Shown here: piece after piece, positions 9,910 through 18,278 of the stretch | Numbering within the stretch: position 1 is the first letter of the stretch | Layout: every line of letters begins with the position of its first letter | Assembly (NCBI RefSeq): GCF_000025685.1 | Contig: NC_013967.1 | Span: 2,790,001 to 2,822,000, forward strand | Reading direction: 5' to 3' | Origin: Haloferax volcanii DS2 | GTDB taxonomy: Archaea > Halobacteriota > Halobacteria > Halobacteriales > Haloferacaceae | DNA: 32,000 nucleotides | Position numbers and translations under genes: made by a program | The notes under the pieces: generated by a model | What the model saw: only the letters and a program-made list of their open reading frames with translations | Told to the model about the DNA's origin: nothing | The model's database searches: none

Positions 9910-10043
9910 CATCGACTTAATCGTTGTCCCCGTTCGGTCGCGTCGCTCCGGGGTTCGCACAGTCGCAAAAAGAGCAGTTCAGCGTCGGTTCAGTTCTGTT
10001 CTGTCCTGTCCTGTCTGGGTCGCGGTCGCAGTCGCGGTCGCGC

Positions 10044-10235
10044 TCACCCGTCGTCGAACCACCACAGCGCCAACATCGTCCCCACGACTGCCACGGCCGC
10101 GGGAAGCGACTCGTCGACGCCGAGTGTGCGGACATCGAGGAGGACGACGCCCTCGAACAGGGCGGCGACCGCGAGAACCACGAAGGCGAAGCCCGCCACC
10201 CAGAGTTCGGGCGTGTTGACGTCGCTGATTGCCAT
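10044..10235 (-). CDS. Small two-TM membrane protein (63 aa), hypothetical.
   Basis: Track ORF MAISDVNTPELWVAGFAFVVLAVAALFEGVVLLD...AVAVVGTMLALWWFDDG. TATA-like ACTTATCA lies 23 nt upstream of the ATG (leaderless spacing). A T5 run on the minus strand at 9967-9971 lies downstream. Confidence 0.6.
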   Translation of the reverse strand: MAISDVNTPELWVAGFAFVVLAVAALFEGVVLLDVRTLGVDESLPAAVAVVGTMLALWWFDDG

Positions 10236-10286
10236 GCGCGGCGCTACGGGCCGAGATGTGATAAGTGTTAGCAGAACACAAGCGGT

Positions 10287-10934
10287 CTACTCGTCGGCGT
10301 CGAGAATCCCGTGGCTCTCGAAGAGCTTTCCGAGTCGGTCCATGGAGGCGACGACGGCGTCGCAGGCCGGGCGGACCGCGTCCTTGGGGACGAAGCCGAC
10401 CGAGAGGCCGGCGACTTCGAGCATCGGGAGGTCGTTCGCGCCGTCGCCGACCGCGACCGTTCGGTCCATGGGTACGTCGAGTTCGGCGGCGTGAGTCTCC
10501 AGCGCCGTGTCCTTCGTGCCCTCGATGAGCGACCCTTCCACGTCGCCGGTGAGTCGGCCGCCCTTCACGGGCAGGCGGTTCGAGACGATGTCGTCGACTT
10601 CGACGCCTTCCTTTTCGAGCGCGCGCTCGACGCCGCGTTCGAAGCCGCCGGTGAAGATGGCGACGTGGTGGCCGTAGTCGCGGAGGCGCTGGATGAGGTC
10701 GGCCGCGCCGGGGCGGAGTTCGACCTCGCCGTAAGCTTCCTCTGCGAGTTCCTCTTCGAGGCCTTCGAGGAGGCGGGCGCGCGACCGGAGGCTCTCCGCG
10801 TAGCTCATCTCGTCGTTCATGGCTCGTTCGGTGATGTCGGCCATCTCGTCGGCCGTGCCGTTCTTTTTGCCGAGGAGAACCGTCATCTCGGAGTCCGAGA
10901 GCGTGCCGTCGAAGTCGAAGGCGATGATGCGCAT
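10287..10934 (-). CDS. serB: Phosphoserine phosphatase (HAD superfamily).
   Basis: Track ORF of 215 aa. HAD motif I IIAFDFDGTL, motif IV-like AVGDGANDLPM, and SerB-type cap region. serA and thrC are close by. Confidence 0.85.
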   Translation of the reverse strand: MRIIAFDFDGTLSDSEMTVLLGKKNGTADEMADITERAMNDEMSYAESLRSRARLLEGLEEELAEEAYGEVELRPGAADLIQRLRDYGHHVAIFTGGFERGVERALEKEGVEVDDIVSNRLPVKGGRLTGDVEGSLIEGTKDTALETHAAELDVPMDRTVAVGDGANDLPMLEVAGLSVGFVPKDAVRPACDAVVASMDRLGKLFESHGILDADE

Positions 10935-11077
10935 ATCTGCCCGTCGTCGCCGCGGGGTTTCAAAGCTTCCGCGTCGGCAGTTATGCGGCGCGGGAGGGAC
11001 GCTGGCGAGCCGACCGCCGGGAAACCGCGGCGACGCCGCGCACAGCTATTTATCCATCGTCTCCCTGACAACACCGT

Positions 11078-11515
11078 ATGGACGACCTCCACGACGCCGA
11101 ACACGAGACGCTCAGCGACGTCGAAGCCGACCTTGCCGGGGACTTCGGCGAGGAAGGAGACAGTCCGCTCCGACAGTTCGTCCGAAGCCTGCACGACCTC
11201 GACGAGGCCGAGGTGCGCGCGGTCGGCCAGTACGACGGCGAGGCGTTCGAACTGCTCTACCTCCGCGACGATATCGACGAGGCGCTCGAACCGGACGCGC
11301 GCACCGAGCGCGTGAAGACGCTCGTTATGAAGGCGCTCGGCGAGCCAGTCAACGAACCCGAACTCGACGACTACGGGGAGTTGAACGCCGTCATCCGGTG
11401 GTTCGACGAGGTCGTCGTCGCCATCTATCCGCACGACGAGTGGTCGGGGGCCATCGCGACGTTCGACCGGGCGAACTCGCCGCTGGTCGACCTCGCGGTG
11501 ACGCACCTGTCGTGA
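11078..11515 (+). CDS. Acidic hypothetical protein (145 aa), haloarchaeal type.
   Basis: Track ORF with G/C-ending codon usage. TATA-like TATTTAT lies 24 nt upstream of the ATG. No family is recognised. Confidence 0.65.
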   Translation: MDDLHDAEHETLSDVEADLAGDFGEEGDSPLRQFVRSLHDLDEAEVRAVGQYDGEAFELLYLRDDIDEALEPDARTERVKTLVMKALGEPVNEPELDDYGELNAVIRWFDEVVVAIYPHDEWSGAIATFDRANSPLVDLAVTHLS

Positions 11516-11545
11516 GAAGGCTCGCCGGCCGCCTCCGGAACCCGC

Positions 11546-12211
11546 TCAGATTCGAAGCGGCGTCCACGACCGCGGGCCGTCGTCGAGGCCGCGGACCCGG
11601 AACTCGGGGTCGCCGTCGGTGTCGCGCGTCTCGACGAAGCCGTCGAACGGCTGTTTGAGGAGCGCGAGTTCGCGCTCGTCGACGAAGCCGGTGTCGAGCG
11701 TGAAGACGCCCGTGAACCCGGCCGCGGAGATGCGGCCCGTGATGACGTGGAGGAACTGGAACAGCCGCTTGAGGTCGGTGTACATCACGAGCGTCGAAAG
11801 AACGTGCAGGCCGACGCGGGCCGACCGACTCGCCTCGTAGTGCTCCCGGAGCGACTCGGTCAGGTGGATGCCGATGCCGGTCAGGTCGCCGGGGCTGGAG
11901 ACGTACCGGAGGTTTCCCGCGTCGGCGCGGTCATCGAGGAGGTCGGCGACGCTCGTCGTGTCGATGACCTCGAACTGCTCCGGGGGCGACCCGCTGATGT
12001 ACGACAGCTCCCGTGCGATGCTCGGGGCGGGCTTTTTCGTCGTCACGACGACCGTCCCCGCGTCGGTACGCTCGCCGGGCGCGAGTATCGAGAGCATGAG
12101 CCGCCGCTTCCGCGTCATCGTCGGGCCGGCGATGAGCACGGACCCGGAGTCCGGAAGCGACACCTCGGGCGGTTGCGTCGCCGGCGAAGCGTTCTCGGGA
12201 CGGAAGACCAT
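11546..12211 (-). CDS. KaiC/RecA-like fold protein with a degenerate P-loop (221 aa), hypothetical.
   Basis: VLIAGPTMTRKRRL sits where COG0467-type proteins have GxPGxGKT. A Walker-B-like strand FEVIDTTS and a later GFTGVFTLD strand follow. TATA-like GTATTATC lies 25 nt upstream of the ATG. The assignment is by pattern only. Confidence 0.6.
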   Translation of the reverse strand: MVFRPENASPATQPPEVSLPDSGSVLIAGPTMTRKRRLMLSILAPGERTDAGTVVVTTKKPAPSIARELSYISGSPPEQFEVIDTTSVADLLDDRADAGNLRYVSSPGDLTGIGIHLTESLREHYEASRSARVGLHVLSTLVMYTDLKRLFQFLHVITGRISAAGFTGVFTLDTGFVDERELALLKQPFDGFVETRDTDGDPEFRVRGLDDGPRSWTPLRI

Positions 12212-12349
12212 CTACTGAATCTATCGGACTCGCGCAGATAATACTAGTGGGCGAACGTGTTGGTACTCCAGCCCATGCGAGACAGTCTCAATGTCACGAT
12301 ATCGGCCGTTGTGACAACCCTTAACCCGCACGGGTCAGACCCTACGCGC

Positions 12350-13927
12350 ATGAAGGTACTCGTCACGGACCCGATCGCCGACGCGGGTCTGGACCGGTTA
12401 CGCGAGGCCGGTTACGAGGTAGAGACCGCGTACGACGTCGAAGGTGACGCGCTGCTCGAAGCCGTCTCCGACGCGAACGGGCTCATCGTCCGCTCCGGAA
12501 CGCAGGTGACCGCCGAGGTGTTCGAGGCGGCACCCGACCTCGTCATCGTCGGACGCGCCGGCATCGGCGTCGACAACATCGACATCGACGCCGCGACTCA
12601 ACACGGCGTCATCGTCGCCAACGCACCCGAGGGGAACGTCCGCGCCGCCGCCGAACACACGGTGGCGATGGGCTTCGCCGCCGCGCGCTCGATTCCGCAG
12701 GCCCACGCCCGCCTGAAAGACGGCGAGTGGGCCAAGTCCGACTACCTCGGCAACGAGGTCAACGGCAAGATCCTCGGCGTCGTCGGCCTCGGCCGCGTCG
12801 GCCAAGAGGTCGCAAAGAAGTTCTCGTCGCTCGGGATGGACATCGTCGCCTACGACCCCTACATCGGCGAGGAGCGCGCCGACCAGCTCGGTGCCGAACT
12901 CGTCGAGTTCGACGCCTGTCTCTCCCGCGCCGACTTCCTCACCGTCCACACGCCGCTGACCCCCGAGACGGAGGGGCTCATCTCCACCGACGAACTCGAA
13001 ACGATGGGGAGCGGCTACCTCGTCAACTGCGCCCGCGGCGGCGTCGTCGACGAGGCCGCCCTCGCCGAGGCCGTCGACGCCGGCGTCATCGACGGGGCCG
13101 CAGTCGACGTGTTCGCCGACGAGCCGGTCTCGCCCGACAACCCGCTTCTCTCCGTCGACGACGTGGTCGTCACGCCGCACCTCGGCGCGTCCACCTCGGC
13201 CGCACAGGAGAACGTCGCCGTCTCGACGGCCGACCAAATCGTCGCCGCGTTCCGCGACGAGCCGGTCATCAACGCGCTCAACGCGCCCTCGGTCGACGAG
13301 AGCGCCTTCCCGCGCATCCAGCCGTACATCGGCCTCGCCGAGACCGCCGGTAAAATCGCCGCCCAACTGCTCGACGGCCGCCTCAACGAGGTCGAGGTCA
13401 CCTACACCGGCGACATCGCCGCCGAGGATATCGAACTCGTCACGGCCTCCGCGCTGAAGGGCGTCTTCGCGCCGCTCGAATGGCAGGTCAACGCCGTCAA
13501 CGCCCCGCAGGTCGCAGAGGAGCGCGGCATCGAGGTCGTCGAGTCGAAGTCCCGCCAGTCCGACGACTTCCAGAGCCTCGTGACCGTCACCGTCCGCAAC
13601 GGCGACGAGGAGATGACCGTCTCGGGGACGCTGTTCACCGGCGAGGACCCGCGCATCGTCCGCATCAACGGCTACCGGCTGGACGCCATCCCGTACGGCC
13701 AGATGCTCGTCGCCCGCAACTACGACAAGCCGGGAGTCATCGGCTTCATCGGGACTGTCCTCGGCGAGAACGACGTGAACATCGCCGGGATGTTCAACGC
13801 CCGCCGCGCGAAGGCCGGCGGCGAGGCGCTGACCGTCTACAACCTCGACGACGACGTGCCCGAAAGCGTCCGCGAGAAGCTCCTCGCCGACGCCCGCATC
13901 ATCGACGTCGACCTCATCACGCTCTGA
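12350..13927 (+). CDS. serA: D-3-phosphoglycerate dehydrogenase with a C-terminal ACT domain.
   Basis: MKVLVTDPIADAGLDRL N-terminus, NAD site GVVGLGRVGQEVA, catalytic HTPLT/..CARGG..TPHLGAST, and a C-terminal ACT region. Start taken at the internal ATG 12350 of track ORF 12257..13927. Confidence 0.93.
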   Translation: MKVLVTDPIADAGLDRLREAGYEVETAYDVEGDALLEAVSDANGLIVRSGTQVTAEVFEAAPDLVIVGRAGIGVDNIDIDAATQHGVIVANAPEGNVRAAAEHTVAMGFAAARSIPQAHARLKDGEWAKSDYLGNEVNGKILGVVGLGRVGQEVAKKFSSLGMDIVAYDPYIGEERADQLGAELVEFDACLSRADFLTVHTPLTPETEGLISTDELETMGSGYLVNCARGGVVDEAALAEAVDAGVIDGAAVDVFADEPVSPDNPLLSVDDVVVTPHLGASTSAAQENVAVSTADQIVAAFRDEPVINALNAPSVDESAFPRIQPYIGLAETAGKIAAQLLDGRLNEVEVTYTGDIAAEDIELVTASALKGVFAPLEWQVNAVNAPQVAEERGIEVVESKSRQSDDFQSLVTVTVRNGDEEMTVSGTLFTGEDPRIVRINGYRLDAIPYGQMLVARNYDKPGVIGFIGTVLGENDVNIAGMFNARRAKAGGEALTVYNLDDDVPESVREKLLADARIIDVDLITL

Positions 13928-13949
13928 AGCGGCCGACCCGAATCTTCTG

Positions 13950-13954
13950 AAAAA
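13950..13954 (-). terminator. T5 run (minus strand) just downstream of the 13964..14548 gene.
   Basis: The complement of AAAAA at 13950-13954 lies 10 nt after the minus-strand stop. Confidence 0.4.
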
Positions 13955-13963
13955 CGAGACGAG

Positions 13964-14548
13964 CTACCGTCGGCCGAGCGCCGACGCGACGCCCTCGACC
14001 ACGCGCCCGACGGCGGACCGCACCGCGTCGGCCGCGTTCGATTCGACTCCCGAGCGGCGCGACCGGTCGTTTCGCGGGGCCGAGCGGCCGCGGGTCTGTT
14101 TTCGGCTCCCGTCCCGACGCTCGGCCAGCAACCGTTCGTAGCGGTCGATTATCTCCTGTTGGTTCGTTTCGGCGCTGTCGAGTCGGGCGTTGAGCCGAGC
14201 GTTCGCGCGCCGAAGCGCCTCGTTCTCGCGCTGGAGGGCGTCTCGGCCCCGCGCGTCGGCGGGGGGCGACGGGCGGCGACCGCGCGACTGCTGACGACTG
14301 CGCGACTGCTGACGGCCGCGCGACTGCGAGGCCGTGGACGCCTGTGCTGACGGAGTCGCGGACGCGGGCGAGGACGAGGGCGCTGACGAGGCCGTAGATG
14401 CGTTGGTGGACGTGGCCGAAGACGCGGGGGCTGCGGAGGCCGAAGACGCGGTTTCGGACGGCCCGTTGTCGATTCCGTCCGGCGGGTACGTTCTCGAACC
14501 GGCCCCGTCCCGGCTGACGGTCCCGGTCGGCATACTGCTGAGCGACAT
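13964..14548 (-). CDS. Basic Ser/Ala/Thr-rich protein with a C-terminal coiled coil (194 aa), hypothetical.
   Basis: In-frame part of track ORF 13964..14611 starting MSLSSMPTGTV. Third codon positions are almost all G/C, which supports coding. A T-rich box lies about 30 nt upstream of ATG 14548. Heptad-like LQRENEALRRANARLNARLDSAETNQQEIIDRYERLL. Confidence 0.65.
   Translation of the reverse strand: MSLSSMPTGTVSRDGAGSRTYPPDGIDNGPSETASSASAAPASSATSTNASTASSAPSSSPASATPSAQASTASQSRGRQQSRSRQQSRGRRPSPPADARGRDALQRENEALRRANARLNARLDSAETNQQEIIDRYERLLAERRDGSRKQTRGRSAPRNDRSRRSGVESNAADAVRSAVGRVVEGVASALGRR
14282..14330. repeat. About 2.7 copies of an 18-nt tandem repeat inside the coiled-coil protein gene.
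   Basis: GCGCGACTGCTGACG at 14282-14296 and 14300-14314, plus a partial third copy from 14318. It encodes SRGRQQSRSRQQSRGRR on the minus strand. Confidence 0.8.
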
Positions 14549-14693
14549 CGTGTGCCACGACGTACCACAGAATGAAAAGAATGTGTCAGACGCGCACCCG
14601 ACGCGCGTCATCGCCGGCGGTCGGACCGCGGCGAGCGCCGTCGTGTGCGGCCGTCAGCGACGGTCAGCCACGGTCGGACCGAACCGGTCGCGC

Positions 14694-15953
14694 CTACTCG
14701 GCGAGGTGTTCGAGGACCGCTTCGGTGTCGTTCGGGACGGGTTCGGGGTCGTCGCCCGCTTCGAACGCCGCGTCGGGGTCCTTCAGCAGGTGGCCCGTCG
14801 TGAGACAGACGACCTGTTCGTCCGCGTCGACGACGCCCTCGGCGCGGAGCTTTCGGAGGCCGGCGACGGAGGCGGCGGAGGCGGGTTCGACGCCGACGCC
14901 CTCGGCCGCGAGGTCGCGCTGCGCCGCGGTGATTTCCTCGTCGGAGACGGCGACGGCCGTGCCGTCGGTCTCGCGGATGCCGGGGAGCGCCTTCGGCGCG
15001 TTGACCGGGTTGCCGATGCGGATGGCGGTCGCACGCGTCTCGACGTCGTCCCAGCGGCGGGTTTCGTCCCAGCCGTTCTCGATAGCTTCGACCATCGGGG
15101 CCGCACCCTCGGCCTGCACGCCGGTCAGTTTCGGCACGTCGTCGACGTCGAGCGCGCCCGACTGGACGAGTTCGCGGAACGCCTTGTAGAGCGCGGAGGT
15201 GTTGCCCGCGTTGCCGACGGGGAGGACGATGCGGTCCGGGTAGCTGCCGTAGTCCTCGTGAAACTCCTCTAGGATTTCGAGGCCGATGGTCTTCTGGCCC
15301 TCCAAGCGGAAGGGGTTCAGCGAGTTGAGGAGGTACGCCTCGCCGCGGGCGGCGAGGTCCTGGACGATGTCGAGACAGGAGTCGAAGTTGCCGTCGACTT
15401 CGAGGATGCGCGCGTCGTGGAGCGACGCCTGCGCGATTTTCCCGGCGGCGACCTTCCCGGCGGGGAGCAACACGAGCGTCTCCATCCCGCCGCGCGCGCC
15501 GTAGGCGGCGAGCGCCGCGGAGGTGTTGCCGGTCGAGGCGCAGGCGAGGCGGCCGACGCCGAGTTCCTTCGCCACGCGGACGCCGACGGTCATGCCGCGG
15601 TCCTTGAACGAGCCGGTGGGGTTCATCCCCTCGTGTTTGACGCGGAGCGTCTCGACGCCCACGTCGGCTTCGAGGCGGGGTACCTCGTGGAGCGGCGTCG
15701 CGCCCTCGGGGAGCGAGACGCCCTCCTCGAAGGGGAGCGCGGCGTTGTAGCGCCAGACGCCGCGGCCCTCGAAGTCGTCCCAGGTCGGCGGGGACGCGTA
15801 GCGGACTTCGAGGAGGCCGTCGCAGTCGTCGCAGGTGTACCGAACGTCCTCGAACGGCGCGAACTGCGCGCCGCACGCGATACATTCGAGCCAGGTGCCG
15901 TCGGCGGCGACGGATGGCTCCTCGGGGGCGGGTGCCGTGAGTTCGAGGCTCAT
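14694..15953 (-). CDS. thrC: Threonine synthase (PLP-dependent, with an N-terminal zinc-ribbon).
   Basis: In-frame part of track ORF 14694..16004 from MSLELTAP. CIACG...CDDCDG ribbon and PLP-lysine motif NPTGSFKDRG. T-rich box CTTTTGT lies 24 nt upstream of ATG 15953. Confidence 0.92.
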   Translation of the reverse strand: MSLELTAPAPEEPSVAADGTWLECIACGAQFAPFEDVRYTCDDCDGLLEVRYASPPTWDDFEGRGVWRYNAALPFEEGVSLPEGATPLHEVPRLEADVGVETLRVKHEGMNPTGSFKDRGMTVGVRVAKELGVGRLACASTGNTSAALAAYGARGGMETLVLLPAGKVAAGKIAQASLHDARILEVDGNFDSCLDIVQDLAARGEAYLLNSLNPFRLEGQKTIGLEILEEFHEDYGSYPDRIVLPVGNAGNTSALYKAFRELVQSGALDVDDVPKLTGVQAEGAAPMVEAIENGWDETRRWDDVETRATAIRIGNPVNAPKALPGIRETDGTAVAVSDEEITAAQRDLAAEGVGVEPASAASVAGLRKLRAEGVVDADEQVVCLTTGHLLKDPDAAFEAGDDPEPVPNDTEAVLEHLAE

Positions 15954-16047
15954 TGCTCGGGCGGTGGCACCAGAGGGACAAAAGCGGGCGGGTTTGGGCG
16001 GCACCTGCCGGGCGACGGGCTCACCGGGGACGCGGTCGGCCGCGAGC

Positions 16048-16419
16048 CTACGACTCGCCGAAGGCGTCGATGCGGGCGTGAACGTCCTCCGCCCACTCGT
16101 CGAGCGCGGCGTGCATCATCTCCTTGGCCTCGGGGAGCGGGGTCGCCGTGTACTGGTAGACGTAGCCGCCGGGGTCGAGCAGGCGGCGCTTGCGCTCGGT
16201 GAGGCCCTTGTCGAGGAGCGTCGTCAAAGAGCGGTTGACGTTGCTGCGGTCGCGGTCGAGCACCTCCGCCAACTCCGCGACGGTGCTTCCGGGGTTGTCG
16301 AGTAGTGCGAGATACGTCCGGCTCTCGTGGCTCTGGATGCCGAAGACGCACGCGAGGACCTGTCCGAAGTTCGGGTCCTCGGTCTCCATCAGTTCGCCCA
16401 TGTCCGGTGCGTCGGCCAT
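16048..16419 (-). CDS. Winged helix-turn-helix transcriptional regulator (TrmB/MarR-like N-terminal domain type).
   Basis: SRTYLALLDNPGSTVAELAEVLDRDRSNVNRSLTTLLDKGLTERK is a classical wHTH. Start set to ATG 16419 (the track starts at GTG 16425), because TTTAAT lies 24 nt upstream of that ATG. Confidence 0.8.
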   Translation of the reverse strand: MADAPDMGELMETEDPNFGQVLACVFGIQSHESRTYLALLDNPGSTVAELAEVLDRDRSNVNRSLTTLLDKGLTERKRRLLDPGGYVYQYTATPLPEAKEMMHAALDEWAEDVHARIDAFGES

Positions 16420-16501
16420 GCACACCTGTTCGCCGTGCGTCGGATTAAACCCTCACTTACAGGCGAGCGAGCGGCCGCCGCGGCCGGGAACCGCACCGAC
16501 G

Positions 16502-16738
16502 CTACTCTTTCGCGTAGCCCATCTTCAGCACGCAGGCGCGCATCCCGTCTTCGTCCTCGTGTTTGTGGAGCGTCGTCGGCGTGTCGCAGTAAAAGACCGT
16601 CCCGTCGTGGCGGAGCGTCACCTCGTGGACGCCGCCGAGCAGTTCCGCTTGGACGACGACGCGGCGACCCTCGCGGAGCGCGTCGAGGATTTCGTCTGCG
16701 GTCAGTTCGCCGGACTCGACTCGGAGTGGCTCGGGCAT
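16502..16738 (-). CDS. Conserved-looking hypothetical protein (78 aa).
   Basis: Track ORF with G/C-ending codons. An A+T-rich box (AATACTGATA) lies 23 nt upstream of the ATG. No family is recognised. Confidence 0.6.
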   Translation of the reverse strand: MPEPLRVESGELTADEILDALREGRRVVVQAELLGGVHEVTLRHDGTVFYCDTPTTLHKHEDEDGMRACVLKMGYAKE

Positions 16739-16834
16739 ACCGGAGGGTCGCGGGCGAGCGGTATCAGTATTGTCGATGGGGGCGCGTGCCGACGGCGGGC
16801 GGCGAGTCGAGCCGAACCCGGACCCGGACCCGGC

Positions 16835-17527
16835 TCAGTTCGTCGTCCAGTTAGACCGGTGTTCCTCGTCGGTCGTCGGCACCTCCACGCCCTCGACGGC
16901 CTCCGCGACCTCGGTCTCTTTCGGCGTGTCGATGTGCCAGCGGTCGATTTCGTCCTTGAAGTCGCGCAGCGTCTCCGACACCATCGACTTCAGTTCGTCG
17001 TCGTTGACGTTCACCTCGAAGACGAACCGCTCGTCGCCGGAGGCGCGGCCGACCCGCTGGATGTTCGCGCTCACGAGTTCGTTGTCGAAGTAGTACGGAG
17101 CCAACTGGGTCATCACGTTGCGGTAGACCGTGTCCTCGACCTTCCGCAGCGCCTTCCGGCCGGCGGAGTCTGCCGCGCGGGCGACGTAGTTGATGGAGTC
17201 CTGCCACGACTCGACGGCCCCCTCGTTGTCGCCCTCCTCGACACGCTCGTAGGACCGAGAGAGCTTCTCGCCCGCCGTCTTGAGGTCGTCGTTGGGCGTC
17301 TTGCCCGCCTTCTCGCCCTCGCCCTCGCCGACGCTGGCCTGCTGGGCCGTCTTCTCGTTTACGTCCTCACCGAGTCGCTCGTGGGACTTCGGTCGCCACT
17401 CGTCCCAGTCGTCGAAGGCGGCGCTGTCGACGTCGGCGTCGCGGAGCGCGCGGGTGATTCGCTCCCCGTGTTCGACGACCTCGTCCCAGGTGCCACGGCG
17501 TTTGAACCCGGAGATGCTCTCTTCCAT
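16835..17527 (-). CDS. Acidic hypothetical protein (230 aa).
   Basis: In-frame part of track ORF 16835..17587 from MEESISGFKRRGTWDE. TTTATA lies 29 nt upstream of ATG 17527. No family is recognised. Confidence 0.7.
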   Translation of the reverse strand: MEESISGFKRRGTWDEVVEHGERITRALRDADVDSAAFDDWDEWRPKSHERLGEDVNEKTAQQASVGEGEGEKAGKTPNDDLKTAGEKLSRSYERVEEGDNEGAVESWQDSINYVARAADSAGRKALRKVEDTVYRNVMTQLAPYYFDNELVSANIQRVGRASGDERFVFEVNVNDDELKSMVSETLRDFKDEIDRWHIDTPKETEVAEAVEGVEVPTTDEEHRSNWTTN

Positions 17528-17599
17528 TGTCGTTGACGGGAGTACGTGCCAGATGGTATAAACTCTGCGAGGGGACGGTTCGCACACGGGTGAGAACGT

Positions 17600-17809
17600 C
17601 TAGCGGTCGCCGTAGACGAAGCGCTCGGCGGCCGCGTCGAGGCGAGCCGACAGCCGACCGAGCCACGCCCCCGGCGACGCGGCCCGAAGCGCCGCCTCGT
17701 CGAGTTCGATTCGGTCGTCGCCGAGCGGATCGCGAGACTCGTCGGCGGTGGCGTCCACGACGGTCGTTATCGAACACCGACCGCACCCCTCGCGGGTCGA
17801 GTCTGCCAT
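17600..17809 (-). CDS. Small hypothetical protein (69 aa; contains CGRC).
   Basis: In-frame tail of track ORF 17600..18004 from MADSTREGCGRCSITTVVD. TTTATT (complement of 17834-17839) lies 24 nt upstream of ATG 17809. The upstream part of the track ORF is Ser/Arg-rich and overlaps the cupin gene on the other strand. Confidence 0.5.
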   Translation of the reverse strand: MADSTREGCGRCSITTVVDATADESRDPLGDDRIELDEAALRAASPGAWLGRLSARLDAAAERFVYGDR

Positions 17810-17833
17810 GCGCCGCGCTTCGGAACCTTCACG

Positions 17834-17839
17834 AATAAA
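17834..17839 (-). promoter_or_regulatory. TATA box for the 17809 minus-strand gene.
   Basis: TTTATT on the minus strand, with a 24-nt spacer to the ATG. Confidence 0.5.
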
Positions 17840-17867
17840 CCTTGGTTTCCGGGCGGGTCGCGACGGG

Positions 17868-17873
17868 CTTATA
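17868..17873 (+). promoter_or_regulatory. TATA box for the cupin gene.
   Basis: CTTATA with a 24-nt spacer to ATG 17898. Confidence 0.5.
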
Positions 17874-17897
17874 CGGTCGAACGTGTTGCTCCGTCTC

Positions 17898-18278
17898 ATG
17901 GGATATCGCGTCGTGGACGCAACCGCCGTCGAGCCCGCCGACGACCGCCCGTGCGAACTCCGCCGCATCGGCGGCGAGGCCGGCTTGGAGACCGTCGCGC
18001 TCAACCGCTTCCGGGCCGCCCCCGGCGAGCAGGTGCCGCTTTCGTACCACTACCACACAGAACAGGAGGAGGCGTTCTACGTCCTCTCGGGCACGCTGTT
18101 CGTCGAGACGCCCGACGAGACGTTCGAAGTCGGCGCTGACGGCCTGTTCGTCGCTGACCCCGAGAGCCCCCACCGGGCGTACAACCCCGAGGACGCCGCG
18201 GAGCCGGTCGAACTGCTCGCGCTCGGCTCGCCGGCCGTGTCGGGCGATGCCGTGCCCTACGACTCCGACGAGGAATGA
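17898..18278 (+). CDS. Cupin-domain protein (126 aa).
   Basis: In-frame part of track ORF 17748..18278 from MGYRVVDATAVEP. Cupin motif 1 LSYHYHTEQEEAFYVLSG and motif 2 region GLFVADPESPHRAYN. Confidence 0.8.
   Translation: MGYRVVDATAVEPADDRPCELRRIGGEAGLETVALNRFRAAPGEQVPLSYHYHTEQEEAFYVLSGTLFVETPDETFEVGADGLFVADPESPHRAYNPEDAAEPVELLALGSPAVSGDAVPYDSDEE

Noticed and set aside
9763-10528. Track ORFs 9763..10494 (+), 9924..10271 (+), 9979..10281 (-) and 10265..10528 (+).
   Set aside because: They are Ser/Arg-rich and overlap the supported small membrane gene, promoter/terminator DNA, or serB on the opposite strand. No motifs are present.
14585-14609. The 11-mer GTCAGACGCGC is shared between the hairpin GACGCGC-acccgac-GCGCGTC (14589-14609) and the 20-nt palindrome at 28293-28312; possible dispersed repeat family.
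   Set aside because: A rough expectation for G+C-rich 11-mers in 32 kb on both strands is many chance pairs. The similarity does not extend beyond 11 nt.
14608-15981. 457-aa Arg-rich minus-strand ORF, and plus-strand ORFs 14334..15272 and 15417..16202.
   Set aside because: They are alternative frames or antisense of thrC, whose frame carries the SFKD PLP motif. These ORFs are extremely Arg/Pro-rich.
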